This document shows, one piece after another, positions 31,982-41,604 of a stretch of DNA of 64,000 nt. Position numbers and translations under genes: made by a program. Location of the stretch: positions 328,329-392,328 of IMG/VR virus record IMGVR_UViG_3300029893_000001. One strand, 5' to 3'. Numbering within the stretch: position 1 is the stretch's first letter; the number at the start of each line of letters is the position of its first letter. Under the pieces are notes generated by a model. The model made no database searches and was not told the DNA's origin. It was given only the letters and a program-made list of their open reading frames with translations.

Positions 31982-32452
31982 TCAGCCGGGCAACAAATCG
32001 TTCAGCTCGTCGAGGAAATCGTCGACCTCCCCGTCCGAAGCCTCCGCGGGATCCGGGGTCGGCTCGGGAGCCGGAGCGGGGGCCGGCGCCGCCTTCGGAG
32101 TCGCCTTCGGTGCGGCCGGAGGCGCCACCGGAGCCGCTCCGCCGAGGCTCGACAGATCCAGATCGTCGATCCCCAGGGACAGCGCCGGAGCGCTGGCCGG
32201 CGGAGGGGTGGGCGCAGCCTTCGGAGCCTCGGGAGCCTTCGCGGCGCCCTTGCCCTTGCCCTTCGGACAGCCCCGGGCGTTGTGCCCCTGCTCGCCGCAG
32301 GTGCCGCAGGTGTAGGTCGGGGCCGGAGCCGCCATCACCGCCGCCGTGGCCAGCGTCGAGATGGGAACGACCGCGAAGCCCATCGCGCTCAGCGCCCGCA
32401 CCACCTTGCCGAACTGCTCGTCGGTCATCTTGTCGGTCATCTTCTTGCTCAT
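31982..32452 (-). CDS. CCHC zinc-knuckle protein with a Pro/Ala linker and acidic C-terminal tail
   Basis: CGTCGEQGHNARGC is C-x2-C-x4-H-x4-C; own promoter (32497-32512) and hairpin (31925-31961). Confidence 0.8.
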   Translation of the reverse strand: MSKKMTDKMTDEQFGKVVRALSAMGFAVVPISTLATAAVMAAPAPTYTCGTCGEQGHNARGCPKGKGKGAAKAPEAPKAAPTPPPASAPALSLGIDDLDLSSLGGAAPVAPPAAPKATPKAAPAPAPAPEPTPDPAEASDGEVDDFLDELNDLLPG

Positions 32453-32722
32453 GATCATGATTCCTTTCCGGCGAGGCGTCCCTCGCCTCATTTCCTAGTA
32501 TCGAATGGGTTCGTTTGGCCGACTAGCGCCGCTGACGCTCCGCGTGACGCCGCGCCAACTCGGCGCGGGCCTCCTCGATCGCTAGAATCTCGTCCACGTC
32601 CAAACCGTCGTACATGGGGCAAAAACCTCCGTTCGCCGTCTAATATCGGCCGGGTTCGCCCAATTGACATTTCGAGAGTAGCTTAAACGGGCTTTGGCCC
32701 GGGTTTCCCCGGGCCGCCCGCC

Positions 32723-33139
32723 TCACGCCGCCTTCGTACGGGCGGCCAGCTTGGCGGCGACCGCCTTGCTGTACGCCGCCGCCTTCTCGTAGACCGCCGC
32801 CGCCAGGTGCAGATCGAGCCGGCCGATGCTCGACCCGAGGCACACGTGGCCCTCGGAGGGCACCCCGAGCACCAGCTTGTTCCCCTGGCCGCAGATCCAC
32901 CGCTGGAGACGCTGCCGGTTGCCGCTCGACGCCTTGGCCACGAAGACGTCGTGGACCGCGATGCGCGCCGGGCCCGGCGTCCCGTCCTCGCCGTGCATCG
33001 AGCGGAGCACGATGCCGAAGGACTTCACGCCCTCCCCGGCGGAGCCGACCTGCGCGCCGGTCGCGGCGTCCAGGTGGAAGACCAGGGCGGGGGCCAGCGG
33101 GAGATCGCGGGTGACGTCGTACGTGTTCTTCTTCGCCAT
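32723..33139 (-). CDS. Hypothetical early protein
   Basis: Own promoter (33187-33202), RBS and downstream hairpin-TTTAA; strong GC3 bias. Confidence 0.75.
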   Translation of the reverse strand: MAKKNTYDVTRDLPLAPALVFHLDAATGAQVGSAGEGVKSFGIVLRSMHGEDGTPGPARIAVHDVFVAKASSGNRQRLQRWICGQGNKLVLGVPSEGHVCLGSSIGRLDLHLAAAVYEKAAAYSKAVAAKLAARTKAA

Positions 33140-33210
33140 GATTCACCATTCTTTCTGGGGCGCCGTGCCCCGTCGTTGTACCGACTAGTATTGTCAGGGT
33201 TCGGAAAACT

Positions 33211-33344
33211 TGGCGGAGTCACATCGATGCATGGGTGGAGCCCGTGTCTCTGTGCAAGTGACTCGCTCCCGACGAGTATGTCCCTACGTGCAGCTTGCCG
33301 GTAACGTAGAGGGAGACCGCCGGGCGGCTATCATTCCTCCGCCA
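33211..33344 (-). ncRNA. Candidate small structured RNA
   Basis: Starts just after promoter 33351-33366; 8-bp terminal stem TGGCGGAG/CTCCGCCA plus internal hairpins; only a 16-codon ORF follows the RBS-like sequence. Confidence 0.4.
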
Positions 33345-34241
33345 TTCACTACTATCAGCCGGGTTCAAATCCCTCTTAAACGCGAGAAGGCCCGGGGCTT
33401 TTGCCCCGGGCCCCATCACCCGACCTTCCGAATCGGGGCGACGATGACTCGACTACGCAGCTCGCGCCGCTCTCGGAGCTTGCGGATCTGCAAATCGAGA
33501 AGCGCAATCGTGGCATCGAGCATTTCCCTTTCCTCGGGATCTTGCTCCCTCACACGCTTGCGCAGCGCCTCCGCTTTCTCACAGAGGAGTGCACGAATGA
33601 CATGATCGTTCATTATTCACCTCCCACCAACTACTATCGAGCGGGTTCAATTGCTATTCGGGAGTAGGGTCACGCGGAAATAGGAAAATGCCGACCAATT
33701 AATTTTGACCCATAAGTGGTAAAGTATGTAACCGCTCGTTCACACATTCTCACGCTTAAGTACGTATACGCTCGCAGCCATTGCGAGCTTGCTTGTACCC
33801 ACTGCGAAATAGCCTAATAAGGCATGTACGCTCGCAGCCATTGCGAGCGGGGCGGGGCGTTAAAAGGCTACGGGCCCCAGAGGGGCCCTATCTCCTCGCA
33901 GCCGTTGCGAGAAATGGTCCTAGTAGTCCATCCGTCCGCTCGGAATGGGACCCGAGCCGAGCAGGTAGGCCAGCGCCTCGACCCACGCCGCTCGTCCAGC
34001 GGCCAAGTGAGACCTCAGGACGAAAATGCTTCCCAACGCTCCGACTTGCAGATCGAGAGCAAGTCGAGCCTGGTGCTCGTGGTAGCGTGCCGAGCCGACC
34101 GCTAGAGCAGCACGAGCACACTGATCACCGAAATCTTTCTCCGTGGCCATCGTTGCCTCCTCGCCGATTATTATCAGCTGGGTTCAATTCGTGCGCGGTT
34201 AAATGCGTAACGGCTGCGAGGAATCTCGCAGCCGCTGCAAA

Positions 34242-34401
34242 CTCCCAAAGGGAAACTGGAATCCGTACTCAATCACTTGTCCGACTTCGTTGTCGGGGTG
34301 TCTTTCGGGACCACACGATTCCCGCTTCTACGCCGAAGCTCCACGAAAGATCGTATGTTTCCAGCGTCCCTTTGGGAGCCCGATTTTTCGGTGAATCGGG
34401 C
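34242..34401 (-). ncRNA. Candidate structured RNA
   Basis: Perfect 12-bp stem 34242-34253/34367-34378 enclosing several short helices, plus an 8-bp hairpin 34378-34401; intergenic. Confidence 0.5.
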
Positions 34402-34428
34402 GAACCGTTCTCGCAGCCGTTGCGAGAA

Positions 34429-34767
34429 TCAGGCGGCCGTGCCGAGCACCTTGCCCATCGACAGGAACCGGCCCTTCTCCCCGCGGAGCCTCAGGCGCAG
34501 ATCCCCGCTCTCGTGGGCGTCCCGGATCTTGTCGCCGAGGCTCACCCGCACCCCCGCCTGCTTGCCCTGCTTCCTCAGGAACTCGCGGGCCTCCTCCGCC
34601 TCCTGCTGCTGCGCCTGCTGCCGCTCCTTGAACTGGCGGCGGGACTTGGCCTCGCGCTCCTTCGCCTTGCGCTCCTCGGAATCCTGCCAGAAGCGGCGCT
34701 TCACCTCCGCCGGGTCGAGGCGGCGGGTTCCGGGGACGAGCGTGGTGCGGGTCGCGTTCGTGGTCAT
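34429..34767 (-). CDS. Basic/coiled-coil hypothetical early protein
   Basis: AGGAGG RBS, promoter 34805-34820, strong GC3 bias. Confidence 0.75.
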   Translation of the reverse strand: MTTNATRTTLVPGTRRLDPAEVKRRFWQDSEERKAKEREAKSRRQFKERQQAQQQEAEEAREFLRKQGKQAGVRVSLGDKIRDAHESGDLRLRLRGEKGRFLSMGKVLGTAA

Positions 34768-34892
34768 GATTATTCCTCCTGGGCCGGAGCCCGTTGCCCC
34801 GACTAGTATCGGCCGGGTTCGGCCGACTAGGGAATTAAACGCGCAACGGCTGCGAGATTTCTCGCAGCCGTTGCTTGTGTAGAGTCAGTGGG

Positions 34893-35075
34893 TCAGGGGA
34901 TGCTGACCTTCGCCTCGACCGTCGCGGAGTCGAGATCGATGGCCTCGCGGCACGAATCCACGTCCACGATGTCATCGTTACCCACGAGCACATCCCACAC
35001 GAGAGATTCCGCCTGCTGGGGACTCTCGGCCGTGACTTTCACCGTCACGGTCACAGTGAACTCCTGATCTTCCAT
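34893..35075 (-). CDS. Small acidic protein in a direct-repeat-flanked cassette
   Basis: Promoter 35097-35112; flanked by 19-bp direct repeats 34870-34888 and 35109-35127. Confidence 0.65.
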   Translation of the reverse strand: MEDQEFTVTVTVKVTAESPQQAESLVWDVLVGNDDIVDVDSCREAIDLDSATVEAKVSIP

Positions 35076-35123
35076 TTTGCATTTCCCTCGCTAACTATTA
35101 TCCGCAGGGTTGCTTGTGTAGAG

Positions 35124-35402
35124 TCAGCCCAGGTCGAAGGGGTACTCCGAAGTGACGTCGCCCCACAGACGATCGTCGTCGCCGTAGTAGTGGTGCGTGG
35201 CCGTCTCCGGGATCACCGGATTCTCCCGGTCGTCGTTCCTGTAGACACAGAAGCGCTCCCCCGGGCAGCAGTCGCCCAGGAAAAGCATTCCCGCTCCCAT
35301 CAGGACGATCGTCTCGGCCGGCGTTCCCTGCGGGGCCACGAAATGCACCACGGTGACGTCGCGGTCGCTTTCGTAGCGCACGGAGTAGTCGTTGACGTTC
35401 AT
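35124..35402 (-). CDS. Acidic hypothetical protein, paralog of 48301-48564
   Basis: Shared YSVR...VLxGAGxL...CVY...YxDDD pattern; promoter 35425-35440. Confidence 0.7.
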   Translation of the reverse strand: MNVNDYSVRYESDRDVTVVHFVAPQGTPAETIVLMGAGMLFLGDCCPGERFCVYRNDDRENPVIPETATHHYYGDDDRLWGDVTSEYPFDLG

Positions 35403-36404
35403 TCGGCTTTCCTCCTCAGCGACTATTATCGTCGGGGTTCACGTCCGACACGAAAAGCGCGTTAAATGAAACAACGGCTGCGAGAAATCTCGCAGCCGTT
35501 GCGTGCCTTGGGAACTTTGGAACTACAGGACCACCCATCCCCAGAAGACGGCCCAGGCGATGAAGCGGATCGGCCAGCGGGTCCAGGAGTCATTCTGCCA
35601 GAGGCAGAGCAAAATCCAAGTGACCCCGAACGCCGGCCAGAGCGTATTGAACCACGGGATCACCTGGACGATTCCGCACCAGATCCAGTACGTCAGCAGG
35701 AAGCACGTGGAAATGTTGCAGAAGAACTCCACCCAATCCGAGATTTCCATCTCGTTGTGCGGGGTGTAGATCGTCCGGCCCGTCTCGTGGTCCCTGTAGA
35801 CCTTGTACGTGGCGCGGAGCGGGCGGATGCTCGGCTGGAGCCGGCGGATATTCTTCGGGTTGGGCATGGGTCGTCTCCTCGCTGACTATTATCAACAGGG
35901 TTCTCGCAGCCGTTGCGAGAAATTAAAGTAAGATGGCCCCGGGTTTCCCCGAGGCCCTCTTTTCATCCGAGCGGCTGACTGAGAGCCACCGCACGGCGTC
36001 GAGCGTGGATCGGATTGCTCTTCCAGAAGCGAGCCCAGAAATCGCGCTCCGCTTGCTTCGCCTCGTGCTCATTCCTGTACTGCAATTGAACGAGCAGATC
36101 GGCGTATTCCCCATCCCACTTGGGGTCGTACTCCAGCGACTCACGAACGAGCTGGAATCCCTCCGTTTCGACGACCGCCTCGGCCCGGAGCGCCCGGAGT
36201 CGGTACGGGACGAATCGGAGGAGCGCCTCCCGATAGTCAGCGTCGTTTGTGATGAATCGGCTCGCCTGTCGGAGCCAGTCGGCAGCCGACTGTTGCTCTT
36301 TCATGACTCGCCGATACAGCACCTCGGAGAACGGGATGATTTCTGCCATTCAACCTCCCTTCGCCGATTATTATCAGCAGGGTTCTGTGCGGCCGTGAAT
36401 GTCC

Positions 36405-36592
36405 TTAAAGCACGAAAAGGCCCTTGCTAGGGCCCTTTCGCGGGTCATTTCGGCAAAAGCTGACCAGGCTCGGAATACCAAGGCACGTGGTCGTGTACCT
36501 TGGTTAGCCTTGCCCCTTTTCGAGTCCATTATTGGTGGCTCGCCTTACGGGTGGGAGGGTGCAGCCCGGATGGAAACGGAACGAGAACACCA
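36405..36592 (-). ncRNA. Candidate structured RNA with its own promoter and terminal hairpin
   Basis: Promoter 36596-36611; no RBS; nested stems 36477-36486/36495-36504, 36466-36470/36506-36510 and 36443-36447/36461-36465. Confidence 0.45.
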
Positions 36593-37163
36593 TTTAGTAT
36601 CGCCAGGGTTCTCGCAGCGGCTGCGAATCCCTAAATCCCGATCCAGTAGTTGTCCAGGTCGCTCAGCTTCACGCTGGTGATCTCGGGATTGTGGTCCGGC
36701 AGACGTTGCTTGGCGAGTCGACGGACGTGAACATCGAACTCCTTTTTGTCCCTCGTTCGCGTCAGGACCGTGAATCTGTCCACCGCCGACTTCCCGTCGA
36801 CTTCGTAGCACAGTTCGATGAGATACTTCATTTTCCGCCTCCTCGCCGAATATTATTGGCAGGGTTCTCGCAGTGACGGCGAGAATTTAAATTGAGAAAG
36901 GCCCCTCGCGGGGCCCGTCTCAGTCGTCGCGGAGGCACGGGGTCGGTCCCCCGCAGAATCCGCAGCGCCCCGGATTGTGGTACGCTGAGAGCACGTGATT
37001 GTTGGCCACGTGCTCCGGCTCGAAATAGTCTTCGGTTTCCCGAACTTCCATTCCTTCCGGGGCTTGCTCGTCGTCGAGGAGACGCACGGCTCGTGCCGTG
37101 GTCTTGCCGGGGTTGGCAATGTAGTAGCGGATGGTCATGCCGAATATTATCGGCAGGGTTGAA

Positions 37164-37236
37164 TCGGACCGGTGGGATTCGAACCCACAACGTCCCGGTT
37201 ATGAGCCGGGGGCTCTAACCATTGAGCTACGGTCCG
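37164..37236 (-). tRNA. tRNA with CAT anticodon (Ile2-lysidine or Met), no encoded CCA
   Basis: CGGACCG-TAGCTCAATGGTTAGAGC-CCCCGG-CTCATAA-CCGGG-ACGTT-GTGGG-TTCGAAT-CCCAC-CGGTCCG-A; full cloverleaf. Confidence 0.95.
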
Positions 37237-38702
37237 ATGGTTTTCACTAGGTTACGTTTCGCGTTACTTTGTGCGAACGATTCAGGCCCAGATCCCAGGC
37301 GCCGAATCCGGTTGCTCCGGGATCGGGATGTATTGGTTTCCCACGAATCCCGCCGCCGCGTCCAAGGCGACCACACGGGGGAATGTCACCGCAGGGTGCG
37401 GCTCATCCTCCCAATAGGCTTCCCACGCAGCCAGAGCGAGATACTGCAAGAGCAGTTTTTCCATTATTCACCTCCTCGCCGTATCCATACGGGCTTGCAC
37501 CACTTTTCTCAATGACACGAGGCCTTGGGTCGCTGTCTTCCCACAAACGTATGGGTGCAACCCATACGTTTTCGCCTTTGGTGTACACGAGAATCAACCT
37601 TGGACAAATTGATCGGGTGTTCCGCAGTTCCACACCCTCAAGGGTGTGCCCCAACGGGTCGGCTCCTCGGTCCAGTCGAAGTGGATCCGGCGGGAGTTCC
37701 CCTTCCGAATCCAGAACTTCCCCCTCGCATCCTGAGGCCGACTCCACACGTCGGCCGAGACGTTCATCGAGTCCAGGAGATCGTTGACGATTCCGTGGAA
37801 ATCCACCCAATCCTGCCACTCCAGAAAGCGAGCCTTCGGCTTCTTGCGGGGCGGGAAAGTGACGACGCACTCTCCGGGGTGATTCCCGCAGTATTCCTTC
37901 GCGGTCACGAGGCGGACGCGCTTCAGAAGGATCGTCTGGCCATCGACGCACGATTCCACGTTGAAGCGACCGTCGGCCCGCACCTTCTTTTGAAGGGCTA
38001 CGTGGATTCGCTCGACGTCGCTGCCGTCGAGCACCTTGATTGAGTACGGCATGATTATTCCTCCGTGGGTTGGTCCAGCGAGCTTTAGTATCGGGAGGGT
38101 TCTCGCCGTGGCTGCGAGAATTAAACTGGAAACGGGCCCCGGGAAAACCCCGGAGCCCGTTTTCTAGAACTCGCCCTCGTCGTCGTCCACCGCGTCGAGT
38201 GCGTCTGGACGTCCGAGGCCGCCGTCGGGCCCATGAGGGTGGTACCTCTTTTCCTTGTGGATGTCCAGAAAGAAGAGCGCCTCTTGCAGCGAACGCACCC
38301 TCTTTGGATTCTTCGTCCGCACCATTTTTGGGTTCGTCAGGGAATCCTTCGAGACCCACTCCTCGACGAGAAAGAAAACCTCCGGGCACCCATCGAGAGG
38401 AGCCGAGGGCCCGGTAATATTCTCGATGACGGTCGAGATTCGGCCTCGCTCGTCCGAGAAAATCACCGTGGTCGGCTCGAAATCGGTGAGCTTTTCGATG
38501 ATTTCACTGTAGGTGAACTTTCGCATTTGTTCCCTTCTACCGACGGTATCGGTACTCCTCGTCCACCTCTTGCTGCGTGGGCTCCCTTCCGAGCCTCTTG
38601 CGCAGATCGTCGCGGGCCGCGTTCCACTTGCGCTCGTCCTCCGCCCTTTCGAGAGCGCAGGCCGAGCATCCCATCATCATGCACATGGTCGCCTCCCTCT
38701 GA

Positions 38703-38917
38703 GAGCGAGGCTCGGAGCCGGAATCCGAGATTAGTCTGTTTTCGCCTCTTGGCCTAGCTCCGCCTCCGTGCCTAAACCTACACGGCCAGCCTCTACACTA
38801 GGTTGCAGACGAATCCAGGGTCTAGCCGCTTTTGCCTTGGATGACTAGTCCTCGGCGCTTGCACCCACGGGGGCGTCACCCCTTGGGGTATCTGGATTCC
38901 GGCTCCGAGCCTCGCTC
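38703..38917 (-). ncRNA. Candidate 215-nt structured RNA closed by a perfect 24-bp stem
   Basis: 38703-38726 is the exact reverse complement of 38894-38917; starts 17 nt after promoter 38934-38949; multi-helix interior. Confidence 0.7.
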
Positions 38918-39023
38918 CTCGCCGTCGTGGTCTACTATCAGGAGGGTTCAACTCCTCTAATTAAACAGAGAAAGGGGCCTGTGGCCCTTCTCCCTGTTTT
39001 GGAATCTCGCAGTGGCGGCGAGT

Positions 39024-41505
39024 CTAGTAGGCCCGGCTCACCACCGGAAGCCCACGCAGTTCCTCGACTATTCCCTTGAAGGCGACCTCGACCTCGCCGG
39101 TGTCGGGCAGCTCGACCGTGCGATCGATTCCGTAGAGATCCTCCAGGAACTCCCGGAATCCAGGCGTGTCGCCGCGGAACGGCTTGTTGAGAAGCCACTC
39201 CGCGAACTCTTCTCGGCGATTCCAATCCAGATCCTTGGCGACCTGCGTACCGATTGCCACCCCGAGGATACAATATCCTCGGACATCCCAACGATCGATG
39301 AACGACCTCGCGCTGCTGTCGCTCGAAAAGACTCGACACGAGTAGTGCACGTGCCAGTAGCCCCACTTCGCCGCCGGCTCGCTCTCCCTCACGTCGTCCA
39401 TGGAGGCGTAGGAACCCATTTCCGGGCCCCACCCATCCGACGACGGCATCGCCCTGACGAACGTATGGGCACTGTCGTAGCGATTTCGGATGAAGCTGCC
39501 GTCCGGCATCTTGAAGGCGTTGATCTGGTGGCAGTGCGGGTGCTTGAGATCCTCCTCCAGCGACTGCTTTGCGCTCTCGACGCTGCGCTCGCAAAAGAAC
39601 CTCCACGAGAGCACCGCGCTGATGAGCCGCTGCCAGACCTTGTGAGAAATCTTGTTGTTCATTGTTCTGCCCTCCTCGCTCTAACTATTATCGTCGTCGA
39701 CTACGATCCGATGCTCCCCATTCGCGGCGCATGCTGAATCACGTAGGAGACGCCGGTCAAAACCCAGCCAGCGGGAGTGTGGCCGTAGATGTTCACGCAG
39801 AACGTGAACACCAACACGGCGACGATGACGTACCACCTCTTGAGGGTTTCCACGATTGATTGACCTCCTCTCGCCGAACTATTATCGACGGGGTTCGCCG
39901 TCATATCGAGAACGACGAAATGCCCTCCGGGACTTACCGGAGGGCATTTCGTCAGGATTCCACGATCTTGCCGGCGTCGAGATCCACGAAACCGATGTGG
40001 ACGTACTTCCAGCCCGTGCTTCCAATGAGCGTGGGCGAATCCGGGAGACGCTCCGGAGCCTCGGCGAACGTGCAGCCCTCTCCGACGAGCAGGAACGCCA
40101 AGTGGCCGAATCCAGAGGAATCCACCGCCGCGTTTTGGTAGGCTGCCCAGCGAGTTCGCTCGCGCTGTCGAGCGCGCATTTGGCTCAGGACTTCCTCGTC
40201 GATTTGGAGATCATTGGTCGTCATCATGTCCCTCAGTACAGGTTCACGTAGACGCTATCGCCCACGATTTCCATCGCGTCCCGGACCTTTTGGGCCGCGT
40301 TCATTTCCTCGACTTCGCAGCGATCCCACGTCGCTCTCTGGTCGAGCACGTCGCGGAGAGCAGCCGGCGTGACGAGCACCACTTCGGTGTCGCCCCAGGT
40401 GAACGCGTTGGTGATGAGTTCCGAGACGATCTCGTATTCCTCTTCGGAGAGGAACTCCGAGAGCGTGATGAACTGGCACTCGAAAAGCGTCGGTCGCTTC
40501 ATGGCCTCCTTTCGGTCGCAGTCTTCGCAGTTGCCTGGACCGCGAAACTCGAAGACAGTCGGACTGATTTCCTGGCCACACGTCTTGCAATGATATTCGG
40601 CCATGTTTTTCTCCTCGCCTATTATTATCGACGGGGTTCGTGGTAACGACAAACGCAGAATAGGCCCCGAGTTTCCCCGGAGCCTATCTCTCTCACTTGT
40701 TCCTGAAGTACGTCTCGTACCCGATGTCCTTGGTGGACATCAGATTGTGCTTGAGATTCATGGACTCGCCGCTGAGCATGCGGCGCATTTCCTTCTCGCT
40801 GACGAAATCCACCCACTTCTCGTCGTGTTCGGGCCGAATCATGTGGTAGTTCTCGGGGTGAGAGCCCGTCGAATCGTAGTCGGTCCACTTCATGATCTGT
40901 TGCGTGGTCCATCCGACCGCCGGCATTCCGGTCATGTCGTAGCACCCGCGATTGACCAATTCGGTGGCCACCACTTCGTGCCCTTCGATGACCAGCTTGA
41001 CGATCGGCCAGTCCTCGGGATCGAGAACGTTGTCGCTGAGTCGGGCGTAGAGAATCGGCTTTCGCATCTTACCTCCTCGTTAAACGCGAAAAGGCCCCTT
41101 TCGGGGCCTCTGCTATTCCTCGGGAGCAAGTAGCAGCATGGTTTCGGCGGCGTGAGTCAGCGCACCCCACTGGAGTGCTTCCTCCTCGCACACCGCCTTG
41201 TACGCGCGTTGAAGTACACGCAGAAGCACACGCTGCTCGAATTGAATCCGAGCCTCGCCGATCATTTCGTCGAGGGGCGGGCCCTCGTCGTTGTAGTAGG
41301 CGATGCACGCCGGCTTCATCTGCGGGAACGTCTCGCAGTACAGCCAGTCGAGCACGCTCTTGTATTCGTCTTCCCTCGGAGGGGCGATCTTTCGCAGCGC
41401 CTTGGCGTGTTTGCTCGTGCGGAGCCACGCCTCGACCTCCGGGAAGAGGCTCGACGTGAGAGGCCCTCGAACGACGCAAACGCACACCATCTGGAGAGCA
41501 CTCAT
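39024..41505 (-). other. Early-region hypothetical ORFs
   Basis: 39024-39662, 39952-40227, 40233-40604, 40693-41067 and 41113-41505, mostly with clear GGAGG/GAGG RBS. Confidence 0.7.
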
Positions 41506-41531
41506 TATTCACCTCCTCGCCATTATTGAAT

Positions 41532-41604
41532 TGACCCCAACGGGATTTGAACCCGTGTTCTCGCCGTGAAAGGGCGGCGTCCTAGGCCACTAGACGATGG
41601 GGCC
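41532..41604 (-). tRNA. tRNA-Glu (TTC), no encoded CCA
   Basis: GGCCCCA-TC-GTCTAGTGGCCTAGGAC-G-CCGCC-CTTTCAC-GGCGA-GAAC-ACGGG-TTCAAAT-CCCGT-TGGGGTC-A; own promoter 41620-41635. Confidence 0.95.

Larger units (their letters stand above)
35523..38526 (-). other. Series of single-gene early cassettes with hypothetical ORFs
   Basis: ORFs 35523-35867 (membrane), 35963-36349, 36631-36831, 36920-37138, 37282-37464, 37594-38052 and 38164-38526; most have their own promoter motif and GGAGG. Confidence 0.7.
33771..39022. repeat. Dispersed 17-bp palindrome CTCGCA-N5-TGCGAG, 15 intergenic copies
   Basis: Copies start near 33771, 33831, 33895, 34204, 34225, 34410, 34840, 34861, 35468, 35489, 35903, 36611, 36867, 38102 and 39006; some are imperfect. 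Confidence 0.9.

Noticed and set aside
38727-38893. Group I intron (CAGACTA / TAGTC P7-like words) or SAM-I riboswitch (GCAACC)
   Set aside because: The elements are in the wrong order and no P3/P4 partner or SAM-I AUC/GUGC core was found; kept only as an unclassified RNA
33771-39022. CRISPR array or integron attC sites for the CTCGCA palindromes
   Set aside because: Spacing is irregular (20 to over 1000 bp) with genes in between, the repeats are only 17 bp, there are no GTTRRRY core sites, and no cas or integrase gene is in the window
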